From: an uncultured bacterium
GTDB taxonomy: Bacteria > JAJVIF01 > JAPKYR01
DNA length: 16,564 nucleotides
Direction of reading: 5' to 3'
Assembly: GCA_965369865.1 (NCBI GenBank)
Contig: CBDURU010000084.1
Location: 1 to 16,564, forward strand
The translations under genes and the position numbers were made by a program. Every line of letters starts with the position of its first letter. Position 1 is the stretch's first letter. A model generated the notes under the pieces. It was not told the origin of the DNA. It made no database searches and saw nothing but the letters and a program-made list of their open reading frames with translations. Below, piece after piece: positions 7,773 to 16,378 of the stretch.

Positions 7773-7790
7773 TTGATAGCCTAATATCAA
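7773..7790. promoter_or_regulatory. Palindromic putative operator TTGATA-N6-TATCAA
   Basis: Perfect 6-bp half-sites 22 nt upstream of the desulfurase start. Confidence 0.35.
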
Positions 7791-7897
7791 TTTAAGCGTA
7801 CTGGTAAGTCATCAGCAAACCGTGATGGTTTCCGGGTTTACCAGACCATCCAGAGCTACATTCTAATTCAAGGCTGGCTAAAAAGCAAAATTAAGAC

Positions 7898-8172
7898 CTG
7901 GTTGGGCTTCACCACGCCGTTCGATTTAACCATCCGACGTTGCTAAGGGCCTGTTTGCGTGATAACATTTCAATGGCCCGGCTGTGCGGTCCAACACGAG
8001 TTTGACTCTAACATCTTACTCATGGGGACTTGTTAACGCGCGATGTGTCGAAGGCCGCTGCTGGTAAACGGCCCGTTAAAAGGCCAGGCGGAATCCTGAT
8101 TCGCGTGAGGTTGAAAACCCCGGCGAATGAGCCGGTCAGGACCCCACCTTTTTTGGACAGAGTCCAAACCAG
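7898..8172. ncRNA. Candidate structured non-coding RNA or cis-regulatory leader (family not recognised)
   Basis: Nested complementary segments 7898-7908/8161-8172, 7925-7930/8075-8080, 7935-7943/8040-8050, 7947-7951/7975-7979, 7995-8001/8018-8024, 8053-8057/8069-8073, 8086-8099/8136-8149; T6 at 8149-8154; no credible ORF. Confidence 0.55.
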
Positions 8173-8195
8173 TGATCGGTCAGTCGGGCTTTACT

Positions 8196-8224
8196 TTGAA
8201 ATTTCTTGTCCTTTATGGTATTAA
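8196..8224 (+). promoter_or_regulatory. Putative sigma70 promoter of trxA
   Basis: TTGAAA (8196-8201), 17 bp, TATTAA (8219-8224) preceded by TG-G. Confidence 0.4.
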
Positions 8225-8275
8225 TTCTCACCCGGATTCCGTTATCCGGAACTTATAAAATTCCAGGAGGCTAAT

Positions 8276-8608
8276 ATGGCCGTTAAGGAACTGGCTTCAG
8301 CCGACTTTGAACCAGATGTAATCGAAGCATCGAAAGCAAAACCAGTTGTCATCGATTTCTGGGCGCCTTGGTGCGGACCCTGTCACATGATCTCACCGAT
8401 TATCGAGGAGCTCGACAACGAGTACCGCGGCGTGATCTCATTCTGCAAGGTCAACACCGACGAGAACCCCGATATCGCCAGCCGCTACAATGTCATGAGC
8501 ATCCCAACCCTTCTCCTCATCAAGGACGGTGAGGTTAAGGAGACCGTGGTTGGTGTCGCCCCGAAAGCTACTCTGAAGAAAAAATTCGATGAGCATCTTG
8601 GTGATTGA
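8276..8608 (+). CDS. trxA: Thioredoxin
   Basis: DFWAPWCGPC active site, SIPTL cis-Pro motif, 110 aa, AGGAGG RBS. Confidence 0.97.
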   Translation: MAVKELASADFEPDVIEASKAKPVVIDFWAPWCGPCHMISPIIEELDNEYRGVISFCKVNTDENPDIASRYNVMSIPTLLLIKDGEVKETVVGVAPKATLKKKFDEHLGD

Positions 8609-8638
8609 TACGCGATGGTGATGAAAAAACCGCATTAC

Positions 8639-8662
8639 TGCCCGAATTCGGGCATTTTTTTT
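8639..8662 (+). terminator. Rho-independent terminator after trxA
   Basis: TGCCCG-AATT-CGGGCA hairpin followed by 8 T. Confidence 0.7.
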
Positions 8663-8678
8663 AAGCGTGGGACACAAT

Positions 8679-9836
8679 ATGACTACCAAAGCTGCATATT
8701 TCGATCACGGCGCGACTTCGCCGCTCCGTAAATGCGCCTACAAAGCGATGAAACCGTTCCTTAAACATAAATTCGGGAACGCCGCCAGCGCTTATTCGAT
8801 CGGTCAGGAAGCTAAGCACGCACTCGATGCCTCAAGAGATATTATCGCTGACCTTGTCGGAGCTGAATCGAACGAAATTATTTTCACGAGCGGGGGATCG
8901 GAATCGATCGCACTTTCTCTGATCGGGGCATACACGGGAAACCGTCACCGGGGACGGCATATCCTGATTTCGGCTATCGAGCACGCCGCTACCATTGGTG
9001 TCCTCGATTTCCTCCACGATGAAATGGGCGCCGAAATACAGAGTGTAAGTGTCGATAGCGACGGGATAATCAAGCTGGATGATTTCGAGAGCAAAATTCG
9101 CGACGACACCGTGCTCGTCAGTATTATGAGAGTGAATAACGAAACCGGGACAATCCAGCCGATCGAGAAAATTGTCGAGATGTGCAAAGGAAAAGACATC
9201 ATTGTCCAGTCCGATTGTGTGCAGTCGTTCGGTAAAACTCCAACTGACCTTGCGGCTTTGGGAATTGATCTTGCCATGGCTTCCGCGCATAAATTCGGCG
9301 GACCCAAGGGGGTCGGATTCATGTTTGTCAGGCAGGGCACTCACCTGAAAAGCCTTATCCCGACTTCCCATGAGTTCGGTTTCAGGGCGGGAACTGTGAA
9401 TGTCGCCGGTGTGGTCGGTATGGCAGCCGCCCTTGAAGAAGCCACCGAGGAATTACCGGAATTGATGGAACGCCTGAAGGGTTTCCGGGAACGGCTGTTT
9501 GACTGCATAAAGGATGTTGCTCCGGACGTGGAAATTAACGGTTCACCAAAGCATTGTATCCCCGCTACGCTGAATGTCCTGCTTCCGGGGTGCGAGGGTG
9601 AGATGCTTGTTTACGCTCTCGACATGGTGGGAATCGAAGCAAGCACCGGCAGCGCGTGCGCTTCCGGCGCGACCGAACCCAGTCACGTTCTTATCGCGAT
9701 GGGACGAAATAAGACAGAGGCATCAAACACGTTACGTCTCAGCATGGGATACTCGACGACTGAGAAGGAAATAGATAAATTTATCAAGGAATTTCCAGGG
9801 GTATATGAAAGGGTAAAGGCAGGGAGTGTTGTTTAA
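8679..9836 (+). CDS. iscS: Cysteine desulfurase, group I (IscS/NifS type)
   Basis: YFDHGATSP, FTSGGSES, IEH, NNETG, SAHKFGGPKG, STGSACASG, PSHVL. ATG 8679 preferred over GTG 8667. Confidence 0.93.
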   Translation: MTTKAAYFDHGATSPLRKCAYKAMKPFLKHKFGNAASAYSIGQEAKHALDASRDIIADLVGAESNEIIFTSGGSESIALSLIGAYTGNRHRGRHILISAIEHAATIGVLDFLHDEMGAEIQSVSVDSDGIIKLDDFESKIRDDTVLVSIMRVNNETGTIQPIEKIVEMCKGKDIIVQSDCVQSFGKTPTDLAALGIDLAMASAHKFGGPKGVGFMFVRQGTHLKSLIPTSHEFGFRAGTVNVAGVVGMAAALEEATEELPELMERLKGFRERLFDCIKDVAPDVEINGSPKHCIPATLNVLLPGCEGEMLVYALDMVGIEASTGSACASGATEPSHVLIAMGRNKTEASNTLRLSMGYSTTEKEIDKFIKEFPGVYERVKAGSVV

Positions 9837-9850
9837 GAGGAGGAACCAAA

Positions 9851-10756
9851 ATGTCAGACGAGTTTCATATTAAGGAAATTCTCTCATCGAGGTGTAAACA
9901 CACATCTGACGTTCTTGAAAAATATTTCGAGGTCGAAGCCACCATAGACTCATTATTTGACCTGAACACAGGAATATTTGAGAAACTTGACACCATTACA
10001 GATCAAAATATTTCGCTTGAACCCCTGAAGCTTTTATGTTCGGCTGTCGCGGCATCGCATGCACAGGCGATTTTTTTGAATCTCCAGAGTTTTCAAATCC
10101 AAAGTAAACATTTTTCCCGCAGGGGAATCGAAGCGTTGCGGTATTTTGTAGTCTGCATTGAAAAACCCGAGCTTCCGGATGTTTGGCGGTACTCAATAAA
10201 TATCATGCCTGACACCCTTAAGGATATGGTCCCGGAAGCCAATACGCTAAAGGATAATAGAACAGAGCTTCGCAAGAAAATGGGACTGAGCAACAGTAAA
10301 TATAATGAAATTGAAGACAGGTTAATAAAGCACAACTATTACCATAAAGGGAAAGCGGAACGTGATGAGAAATTCCCGGACAGTGCGAGTAATCTTAAAT
10401 ACCTTGATGAGCGGCATCTGGAATATTCGTACCTGTCAGTCCATTTGAATCCGATGAGCATTGGGGATCATGCGCATGTGCCGGACAGTTCAGATAGTGC
10501 GGATGATCGAGAGGCGACCTCCATATCACCGTTTGCGGAATTACAAATGGAAGAAAGCATGTATTATGCCCTGGAATCGGCACAAGTGTGGTTATTGTGC
10601 AATAAGGTAGTGATGAATTTTTGTAATTCGCTTGATGGTTTTGAGTTACCGTCGGGCGCGTTTAATAACGTAAATTTTTATTTTAATAAGTGGATAAAAA
10701 GCGCGATTGAGGAATTTAAAAACAACCCGCAATGGCAGGGAATCAGGTTGGGGTGA
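9851..10756 (+). CDS. Hypothetical protein, predicted helical; weak resemblance to DUF5677/HEPN-like proteins
   Basis: 301-aa ORF with GAGGAGG RBS, 14 nt after the iscS stop; motifs RRGIEA and YSYLSVHLNP. Confidence 0.75.
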   Translation: MSDEFHIKEILSSRCKHTSDVLEKYFEVEATIDSLFDLNTGIFEKLDTITDQNISLEPLKLLCSAVAASHAQAIFLNLQSFQIQSKHFSRRGIEALRYFVVCIEKPELPDVWRYSINIMPDTLKDMVPEANTLKDNRTELRKKMGLSNSKYNEIEDRLIKHNYYHKGKAERDEKFPDSASNLKYLDERHLEYSYLSVHLNPMSIGDHAHVPDSSDSADDREATSISPFAELQMEESMYYALESAQVWLLCNKVVMNFCNSLDGFELPSGAFNNVNFYFNKWIKSAIEEFKNNPQWQGIRLG

Positions 10757-10825
10757 GCATGAATTCCACATCAGATAGGATACCAATTCACAACCATCGG
10801 TAGGCCCATATCTATTTGATATGGG

Positions 10826-12091
10826 TTATTTTTCCTCCAAATCTACCTCTGTTGCCTCTGGCGGGGGCACAAACAGGTCCTTGATGCCCATGTACCGGTC
10901 ACCGCGGTCATGCGCGATCGTTACAATCACCCTGCCCTCATTCTCCGGTAATCTCGCGCGCCTGAGAGCAACCGCGATCGAAGCGCCGGATGTTGCGCCG
11001 ACAAGCATGCCTTCCTCGATCAGCATTCTGCGGCACACATCGAAACCTTCCTGCCATGAAACCGTCTCGATATGATCGATTTTATCCCTGTTCCTTTCGA
11101 TAATTTCCGTGATAAATCCCGGCGCGATCCCCGAGAACCTGTGCGATTTGAATTCTCCCCCGGTGTTCATGCTTGCTTCCTCCGGCTCGACTCCGATCAC
11201 CTTGAAATCAGCACCGATTTCATCGCGAAACATGGCCATCCCGACCGCTGTCCCTCCGGAGCCAAGGCCGGTGACAAATTCGGCGGGCGCCTGTCCGGTC
11301 AGGATATGTGTCTGATGGTAAATTTCAGGTCCGGTCGTCAGCCTGTGCGCGCGTGGATTATCGGGATTGCCGTGCTGGTTGAGCTGGAATATGTTGTCAT
11401 GGGTCTTCGCATAATCAACCGACGCCCTTTTCGCGCTCTGGGTGCCTTCCGATGCCGCGGTAAGCACGACCGGACATCCCGAAACCCTGACCGCCCTGAT
11501 CTTGGTCTCCCCGTGCATTTTTGAAATATAAATCCGAGGCTTTTTATTCAGCATGGCTTTCAGAATTGCGGAAAGTGCAAAGGCTACATTGCCTGACGAT
11601 GCTTCGATCACCTCTGTGTCCTCTGTTATGTCACCCCTCTTGATCGCTTCGCTGACAATGCTGAATACGGTGCGGTCCTTGACAGAATTAGGCTCAAGCG
11701 ATTCGAGTTTTACAAGGACGGTAGCCTTGCAGTCATCCGCGATTCTTGAAAGCCTCAGGAGAGGGGTGCGTCCGATTAGATCCGTGTAGGTGTTTCCGGT
11801 ACTGCCATATCGCTCCGGGGATGCGAGGGTATTAATTTTCGAAATGATCTCTTCAAGCAACCGGTCTGAAAATGGCCACTTAAGGATCAACCTGTCATTT
11901 CCATCCATAAAGGATTCAGGTTTTAAGATGTCAATCAGGTTAGTGTAGAAATAATCGGGGGTCGTAAAATCCTCAATGATCTGGGTAGTGATTGGGCTTC
12001 CAACCTGATCTGGGGCACCACCGTCCTCGTTTATATAGATAGATAAAGTTAACTCGTCCGAATCTTTCGACAACGTGAACCTGTATTTCAT
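10826..12091 (-). CDS. cysK: PLP-dependent cysteine synthase family protein (CysK/CysM-like) with ~97-aa N-terminal extension
   Basis: LIGRTPL, KLESLEPNSVKDR (PLP lysine), EASSGN, NQHGNPDNPRAH, TTGPEI, GLGSGGT, VEP, EEGMLVGATSGA, DRGDRY; AAGGA RBS before 12091. Confidence 0.85.
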   Translation of the reverse strand: MKYRFTLSKDSDELTLSIYINEDGGAPDQVGSPITTQIIEDFTTPDYFYTNLIDILKPESFMDGNDRLILKWPFSDRLLEEIISKINTLASPERYGSTGNTYTDLIGRTPLLRLSRIADDCKATVLVKLESLEPNSVKDRTVFSIVSEAIKRGDITEDTEVIEASSGNVAFALSAILKAMLNKKPRIYISKMHGETKIRAVRVSGCPVVLTAASEGTQSAKRASVDYAKTHDNIFQLNQHGNPDNPRAHRLTTGPEIYHQTHILTGQAPAEFVTGLGSGGTAVGMAMFRDEIGADFKVIGVEPEEASMNTGGEFKSHRFSGIAPGFITEIIERNRDKIDHIETVSWQEGFDVCRRMLIEEGMLVGATSGASIAVALRRARLPENEGRVIVTIAHDRGDRYMGIKDLFVPPPEATEVDLEEK

Positions 12092-12295
12092 GTGATTTCC
12101 TTTTTACTTAACCTGATTTTTCTGATCCAGCATATACCAGGGATAAGTGTGTAACAAGGCTTTCCATAGAACAACTTCTCGGCTTGGTTACAAACACAAT
12201 CAGACTTAATCCGAATCGCCGTCTAATGTTCATTTCATCCTCAAAATTCAAGAAACTATAGAGTGGGAATGGTTGAGAGATAAGGATTGGATGAT

Positions 12296-15200
12296 ATGTT
12301 CATCAAGAATTGTTGGTTGATGATGCTCGGTAAAAGGGATTCCGGATTTGTACCTGCCCCCAGAAAATGCGATTGTGTGCTGTTTGTGGTCATAGCGGGT
12401 GCCGGATTGGTTCTGTCTCTTGTTACGTTCTATGCAGTCAGAGGTTGGGAGCGTGATAAACTTGAGTCCCGCTTCAATCATGCATCGGAAGCGAGAACTT
12501 CCCTTTTCCAGTGTGAATTCACCCATCATGTAACTATCGTAGAAACTTTAGCCAGTTTTTTTCAAGGTTCAACTTTTGTTGAACGCGACGAATTTAAGAC
12601 ATTCATCGAACCCCAGATCTCAACATACACGGAGCTGCTTGCTTTGCAATGGATTCCTCGTGTTCCGGATATCAACCGGGTTACTCACGATGAAACGGCA
12701 CATAATAACGGTTTTACCGATTACGAGATCCGTGAGGAAGCTCCCGACGGGTCTATCGTGACAGCGTCGAGACGAGACGAATACTACCCAATTCTCTATG
12801 TTGAACCATTGGATGGTAATTTCGAATCCATGGGAATTGACCTGGGCGCAAACCAGATACGCCTGAGAGAACTCGAATGGGCAAGGGATACAGGTCTCGC
12901 GGTTGCCACCTCGCGAATTGAGATCGTTAAAGACGACCGGGAGATGTTCGGTATTCAATTATATATGCCTGTATATAAACCCTTTAATACAGCGGCCTCA
13001 AGTATGGAACGACGAGAGAGCCTGCTGGGTTTTGTCGGGGCTGTTTACAATGTTGAGAGTAGTTTCGAGACAGCTCTGGAGGATCTCGAACCTGCTGGCA
13101 TTGACATTTGCATCCATGATCAGTCCGCCCCGGATTACGAAAGCTTTCTCTATCGCCATTCATCGCGCATGACCTACAGTCATAACCAGGAATTATTTTA
13201 CACTTTAAGTAACCAGCACGCCGGCTTAAGGCACGAAGTGGAAGTCGAAATGGCTGGCAGGTCCTGGATGCTCGTATGTACACCGGCTGAGGAGTTCCTG
13301 GCTGCCAACCAGGATTGGTATTCCTGGTTGGTGCTTGCAATGGGCCTCTTTCTTACCCTTGCACTGACCACTTTTGTAGTCAGCACCAGAAACCGTACAG
13401 CGCGTATCGAAGCACTTGTAAGAGACCGTACTGCGGAACTTGCGGAAAGCATGCAGAAATACCGGTTCCTTGCTGAAAATTTAGACGATGTTGTGCTGTC
13501 CATATCGCCTGCCGGTACTCTTACTTATTGCAGCCCGGCTATAACCAGGTTTGGCGGTTATAACCCCGATGATGAAATCAACGTGGATATCGGTAATTAC
13601 TTTGCTGATGAAACTGAACTGGCAAATGCCTGGGATAACCTTCGGGAAATGGCCGTTAACCATAACCCAACTTCCATGGAATTCCTGTTCAAACCTAAGG
13701 AAGGTGTACCTTTCCCGGTTGAGATAAGCGGCAATCCAATTATCAAGGATGACGAGATGGTGGCGATCCAGTGTGTCATGCGCGATATAACAGAGCGGAA
13801 ACAGGCCCAGGAAGAAGTTCGCAAGCTTTCTACCGCTATCGAGCAAAGCCCTGTTTCCATTGTAATTACCGATCCTAAAGGCGATATTGAATATGTAAAT
13901 CCAAAATTCTGTGACCTTACGGGATATTCTGTTGAAGAGGCTATCGGCCAGAATCCGAGGATTCTCAAAGGTGGCAAAACTTCAGAGGAAGAATATGAAG
14001 AACTGTGGAATACAATAATAAGCGGTCGGACATGGACCGGGGAATTTTATAACATTAAAAAGAATGGCGAGTATTATTGGGAAAGAGCCACCATCTCCCC
14101 AATTAAAAATGAGCTCGGAGAAATCACCCATCTCCTTGGTGTGAAAGAGGATATCACCGATCACAAGGCTGCTGAAGAAGCGTTGCGGATCACAAAACAG
14201 GAGGTAGAGGACACTAATTCCCAGCTTGAGATATCAATCGAACGGGCAAATGGCCTTGCACTGGATGCTGAACTGGCTAATGTGGCTAAAAGCGAGTTCC
14301 TGGCGAATATGAGCCACGAAATCCGAACCCCCATGAACGGGATTATCGGCATGACTGGGCTTTTAATGGAAACCGAATTGTCACCTGAACAAAGGAAATT
14401 TACTGAAACTGTTAAATCAAGCTCTGAATCACTGCTTGCGATTATTAACGACATTCTCGATTTCTCGAAAATCGAGGCTGGAAAACTCGACCTTGAAGAC
14501 CTTGACTTCAATCTTCGCTCCACTATTGAAGATCTCCTCGACCTGCTGGCCATCCCTGCAAGCCAGAAAGGTCTCGAGTTAATATGCCTGGTCGAACCGG
14601 ATGTTCCTTCGCGGCTTATGGGAGACCCGGGCCGTCTGCGCCAGATCGTCGTTAACCTTGCCAGTAATGCCATTAAATTCACTGCCAGCGGCGAGGTCAG
14701 TATCCATGTCAGCCTGGAACAAGAAGATCTTCAGGGGGTTGTAATACGCTTCGAGATAACCGATACCGGTATTGGGATATCCCAGGATCAAATCGATATC
14801 CTGTGGGACCCTTTCATGCAGGGTGATGCCTCCATTAAACGCAGATTCGGCGGCACCGGGCTGGGGCTTTCAATTTCCAAACAACTTGTGGAACTGATGG
14901 GAGGCCGGATTGGTGTTAACAGTGTCGAGGGTGAGGGAACCACCTTCTGGTTTACTGTTGTACTACGTAAACAACCTGCACACGCTGAATTGCCCCAGGG
15001 CGAAGAGCAGGAGATCAAGGGAATTCATGTACTGTTCGTGGATGGCAATGCCACTAACCGGCGGTTGCTATCCACCCTGTTTGATTCCTGGGGGTGCAGC
15101 TATGAAGAAGCCCACGATGCGGAATCCGCACTCGCAAAACTATACGCTGCCGTGGATGAGGGAAACCCATTCACTGTTGCACTGCTCGACATGTATATTC

Positions 15201-16264
15201 CGGGAATGACCGGCGAGGAACTCGGTGTGAAAATCAAGGAGGATCCGATCCTGTGTGACACAATCCTTGTCATGCTGACTTCCCTTGGAAAGCGCGTGAA
15301 CGCAACCAAGCTTCAGGAAGCGGGATTTGCCGCATTCCTGACCAAACCCATTAAACAGTCGAGTCTCTACGACATCCTGATCACTGTCCTGGTTAAAAAA
15401 GAGCGTCCCCTTGAAAAACCGGACGAATCCATCATAACCAGCCATTCCGTCAAGGATGCTGGGAGACAGAAGATCCGAATCCTTCTTGCCGAGGACAATG
15501 TGGTTAATCAGGAAGTGGCTATGAAAATCCTTGAAAAATTCGGGTACCGGGCCGATGCTGTCTCCAATGGTCACGAGGTGATCAAAGCACTTGAATCGAT
15601 TCCGTACGACCTTGTTCTGATGGACTGCCAGATGCCGGAAATGGACGGCTATGCTGCCACAAAGATCGTCCGTGACATGAACACAAAGGTGCTTAACCGC
15701 AACGTACCAATTATCGCAATGACCGCCAATGCGCTACCGGCGGATCGTATTAAATGCATCGAATCCGGTATGGATGACTATCTCCCCAAGCCGGTCAAAC
15801 CCGCGGACCTGGCCGAGTGTATCCATAAATGGATTTCCAGTGCTGAAAATGAAAAGCTTAAAATCATGGCTTCCCTGGTTACTGATCCTAAAGATCAGGT
15901 TTTCGACAAGGAGCATCTTCTTGAACGTTTGATGGGTGATAAGGCCATCCTGCCAATAATAATTGAGCAATTTTGTAATGATCTTCCTGAACGGATCGAT
16001 ACTCTTAAAAAAGCCCTGCACCAGGGTGATGCACTTATTGTTAAAATTCAGGCCCACAGTATCGAGAGTGCGGCAGGTAACATAGGAGCAAATGCTCTTC
16101 AGAAAATTCTGTTACAGATCAAGACTGCAGCCAGGGAAAAAAACCTGGCAAAAGCAGCATCGCTTATATCTGCGCTCGATGAGCAGCTTGAGATATTGCA
16201 GCAGGCGCTTTCAGTTTATTTAACCCCGGAAATTGCATTAACTGATAAAAATATAGACGACTGA
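12296..16264 (+). CDS. Hybrid sensor histidine kinase/response regulator: CHASE-PAS-PAS-HisKA-HATPase-REC-REC-HPt
   Basis: Two TM segments flanking a CHASE-like region (WIPRVP, EYYPILYVEP, GIDLG), two PAS/PAC domains, FLANMSHEIRTPMNG, N/G1/F/G2 boxes, LLDMYIP and LMDCQMP receiver aspartates, AHSIESAAGNIG HPt. Start uncertain (TTG 12287, ATG 12296 after AAGGA, or later ATGs). Confidence 0.95.
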   Translation: MFIKNCWLMMLGKRDSGFVPAPRKCDCVLFVVIAGAGLVLSLVTFYAVRGWERDKLESRFNHASEARTSLFQCEFTHHVTIVETLASFFQGSTFVERDEFKTFIEPQISTYTELLALQWIPRVPDINRVTHDETAHNNGFTDYEIREEAPDGSIVTASRRDEYYPILYVEPLDGNFESMGIDLGANQIRLRELEWARDTGLAVATSRIEIVKDDREMFGIQLYMPVYKPFNTAASSMERRESLLGFVGAVYNVESSFETALEDLEPAGIDICIHDQSAPDYESFLYRHSSRMTYSHNQELFYTLSNQHAGLRHEVEVEMAGRSWMLVCTPAEEFLAANQDWYSWLVLAMGLFLTLALTTFVVSTRNRTARIEALVRDRTAELAESMQKYRFLAENLDDVVLSISPAGTLTYCSPAITRFGGYNPDDEINVDIGNYFADETELANAWDNLREMAVNHNPTSMEFLFKPKEGVPFPVEISGNPIIKDDEMVAIQCVMRDITERKQAQEEVRKLSTAIEQSPVSIVITDPKGDIEYVNPKFCDLTGYSVEEAIGQNPRILKGGKTSEEEYEELWNTIISGRTWTGEFYNIKKNGEYYWERATISPIKNELGEITHLLGVKEDITDHKAAEEALRITKQEVEDTNSQLEISIERANGLALDAELANVAKSEFLANMSHEIRTPMNGIIGMTGLLMETELSPEQRKFTETVKSSSESLLAIINDILDFSKIEAGKLDLEDLDFNLRSTIEDLLDLLAIPASQKGLELICLVEPDVPSRLMGDPGRLRQIVVNLASNAIKFTASGEVSIHVSLEQEDLQGVVIRFEITDTGIGISQDQIDILWDPFMQGDASIKRRFGGTGLGLSISKQLVELMGGRIGVNSVEGEGTTFWFTVVLRKQPAHAELPQGEEQEIKGIHVLFVDGNATNRRLLSTLFDSWGCSYEEAHDAESALAKLYAAVDEGNPFTVALLDMYIPGMTGEELGVKIKEDPILCDTILVMLTSLGKRVNATKLQEAGFAAFLTKPIKQSSLYDILITVLVKKERPLEKPDESIITSHSVKDAGRQKIRILLAEDNVVNQEVAMKILEKFGYRADAVSNGHEVIKALESIPYDLVLMDCQMPEMDGYAATKIVRDMNTKVLNRNVPIIAMTANALPADRIKCIESGMDDYLPKPVKPADLAECIHKWISSAENEKLKIMASLVTDPKDQVFDKEHLLERLMGDKAILPIIIEQFCNDLPERIDTLKKALHQGDALIVKIQAHSIESAAGNIGANALQKILLQIKTAAREKNLAKAASLISALDEQLEILQQALSVYLTPEIALTDKNIDD

Positions 16265-16297
16265 TGTCATACGATTCATGACATCGCATTCAACACC

Positions 16298-16378
16298 GGG
16301 AACAGGCACTCAAATTTACCGGGGTACATAAAGAAAGACTGACCTCTAACATAGCCGGTAAATTTGTGAGCCAGTCCC
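16298..16378. repeat. Imperfect ~25-bp inverted repeat with perfect 12-bp core (REP/MITE-like)
   Basis: CAAATTTACCGG (16311-16322) / CCGGTAAATTTG (16355-16366); outer arms GGGAACAGGCACT and TGAGCCAGTCCC partly complementary. Confidence 0.6.

Noticed and set aside
7898..8172. Assignment to tmRNA, tRNA-Sec, SRP, RNase P, or SAM-I/TPP/FMN/cobalamin riboswitch
   Set aside because: I could not find the hallmark conserved sequences of these families on either strand; left unassigned pending an Rfam search.
8030..8224. 64-aa ORF in the intergenic region
   Set aside because: TTG start, no motif, and it overlaps the structured element and the putative trxA promoter.
12248..16057. Many short ORFs overlapping the histidine kinase (similar ones lie inside iscS, cysK and the Fe-S gene)
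   Set aside because: Shadow ORFs within well-supported genes; no independent evidence.
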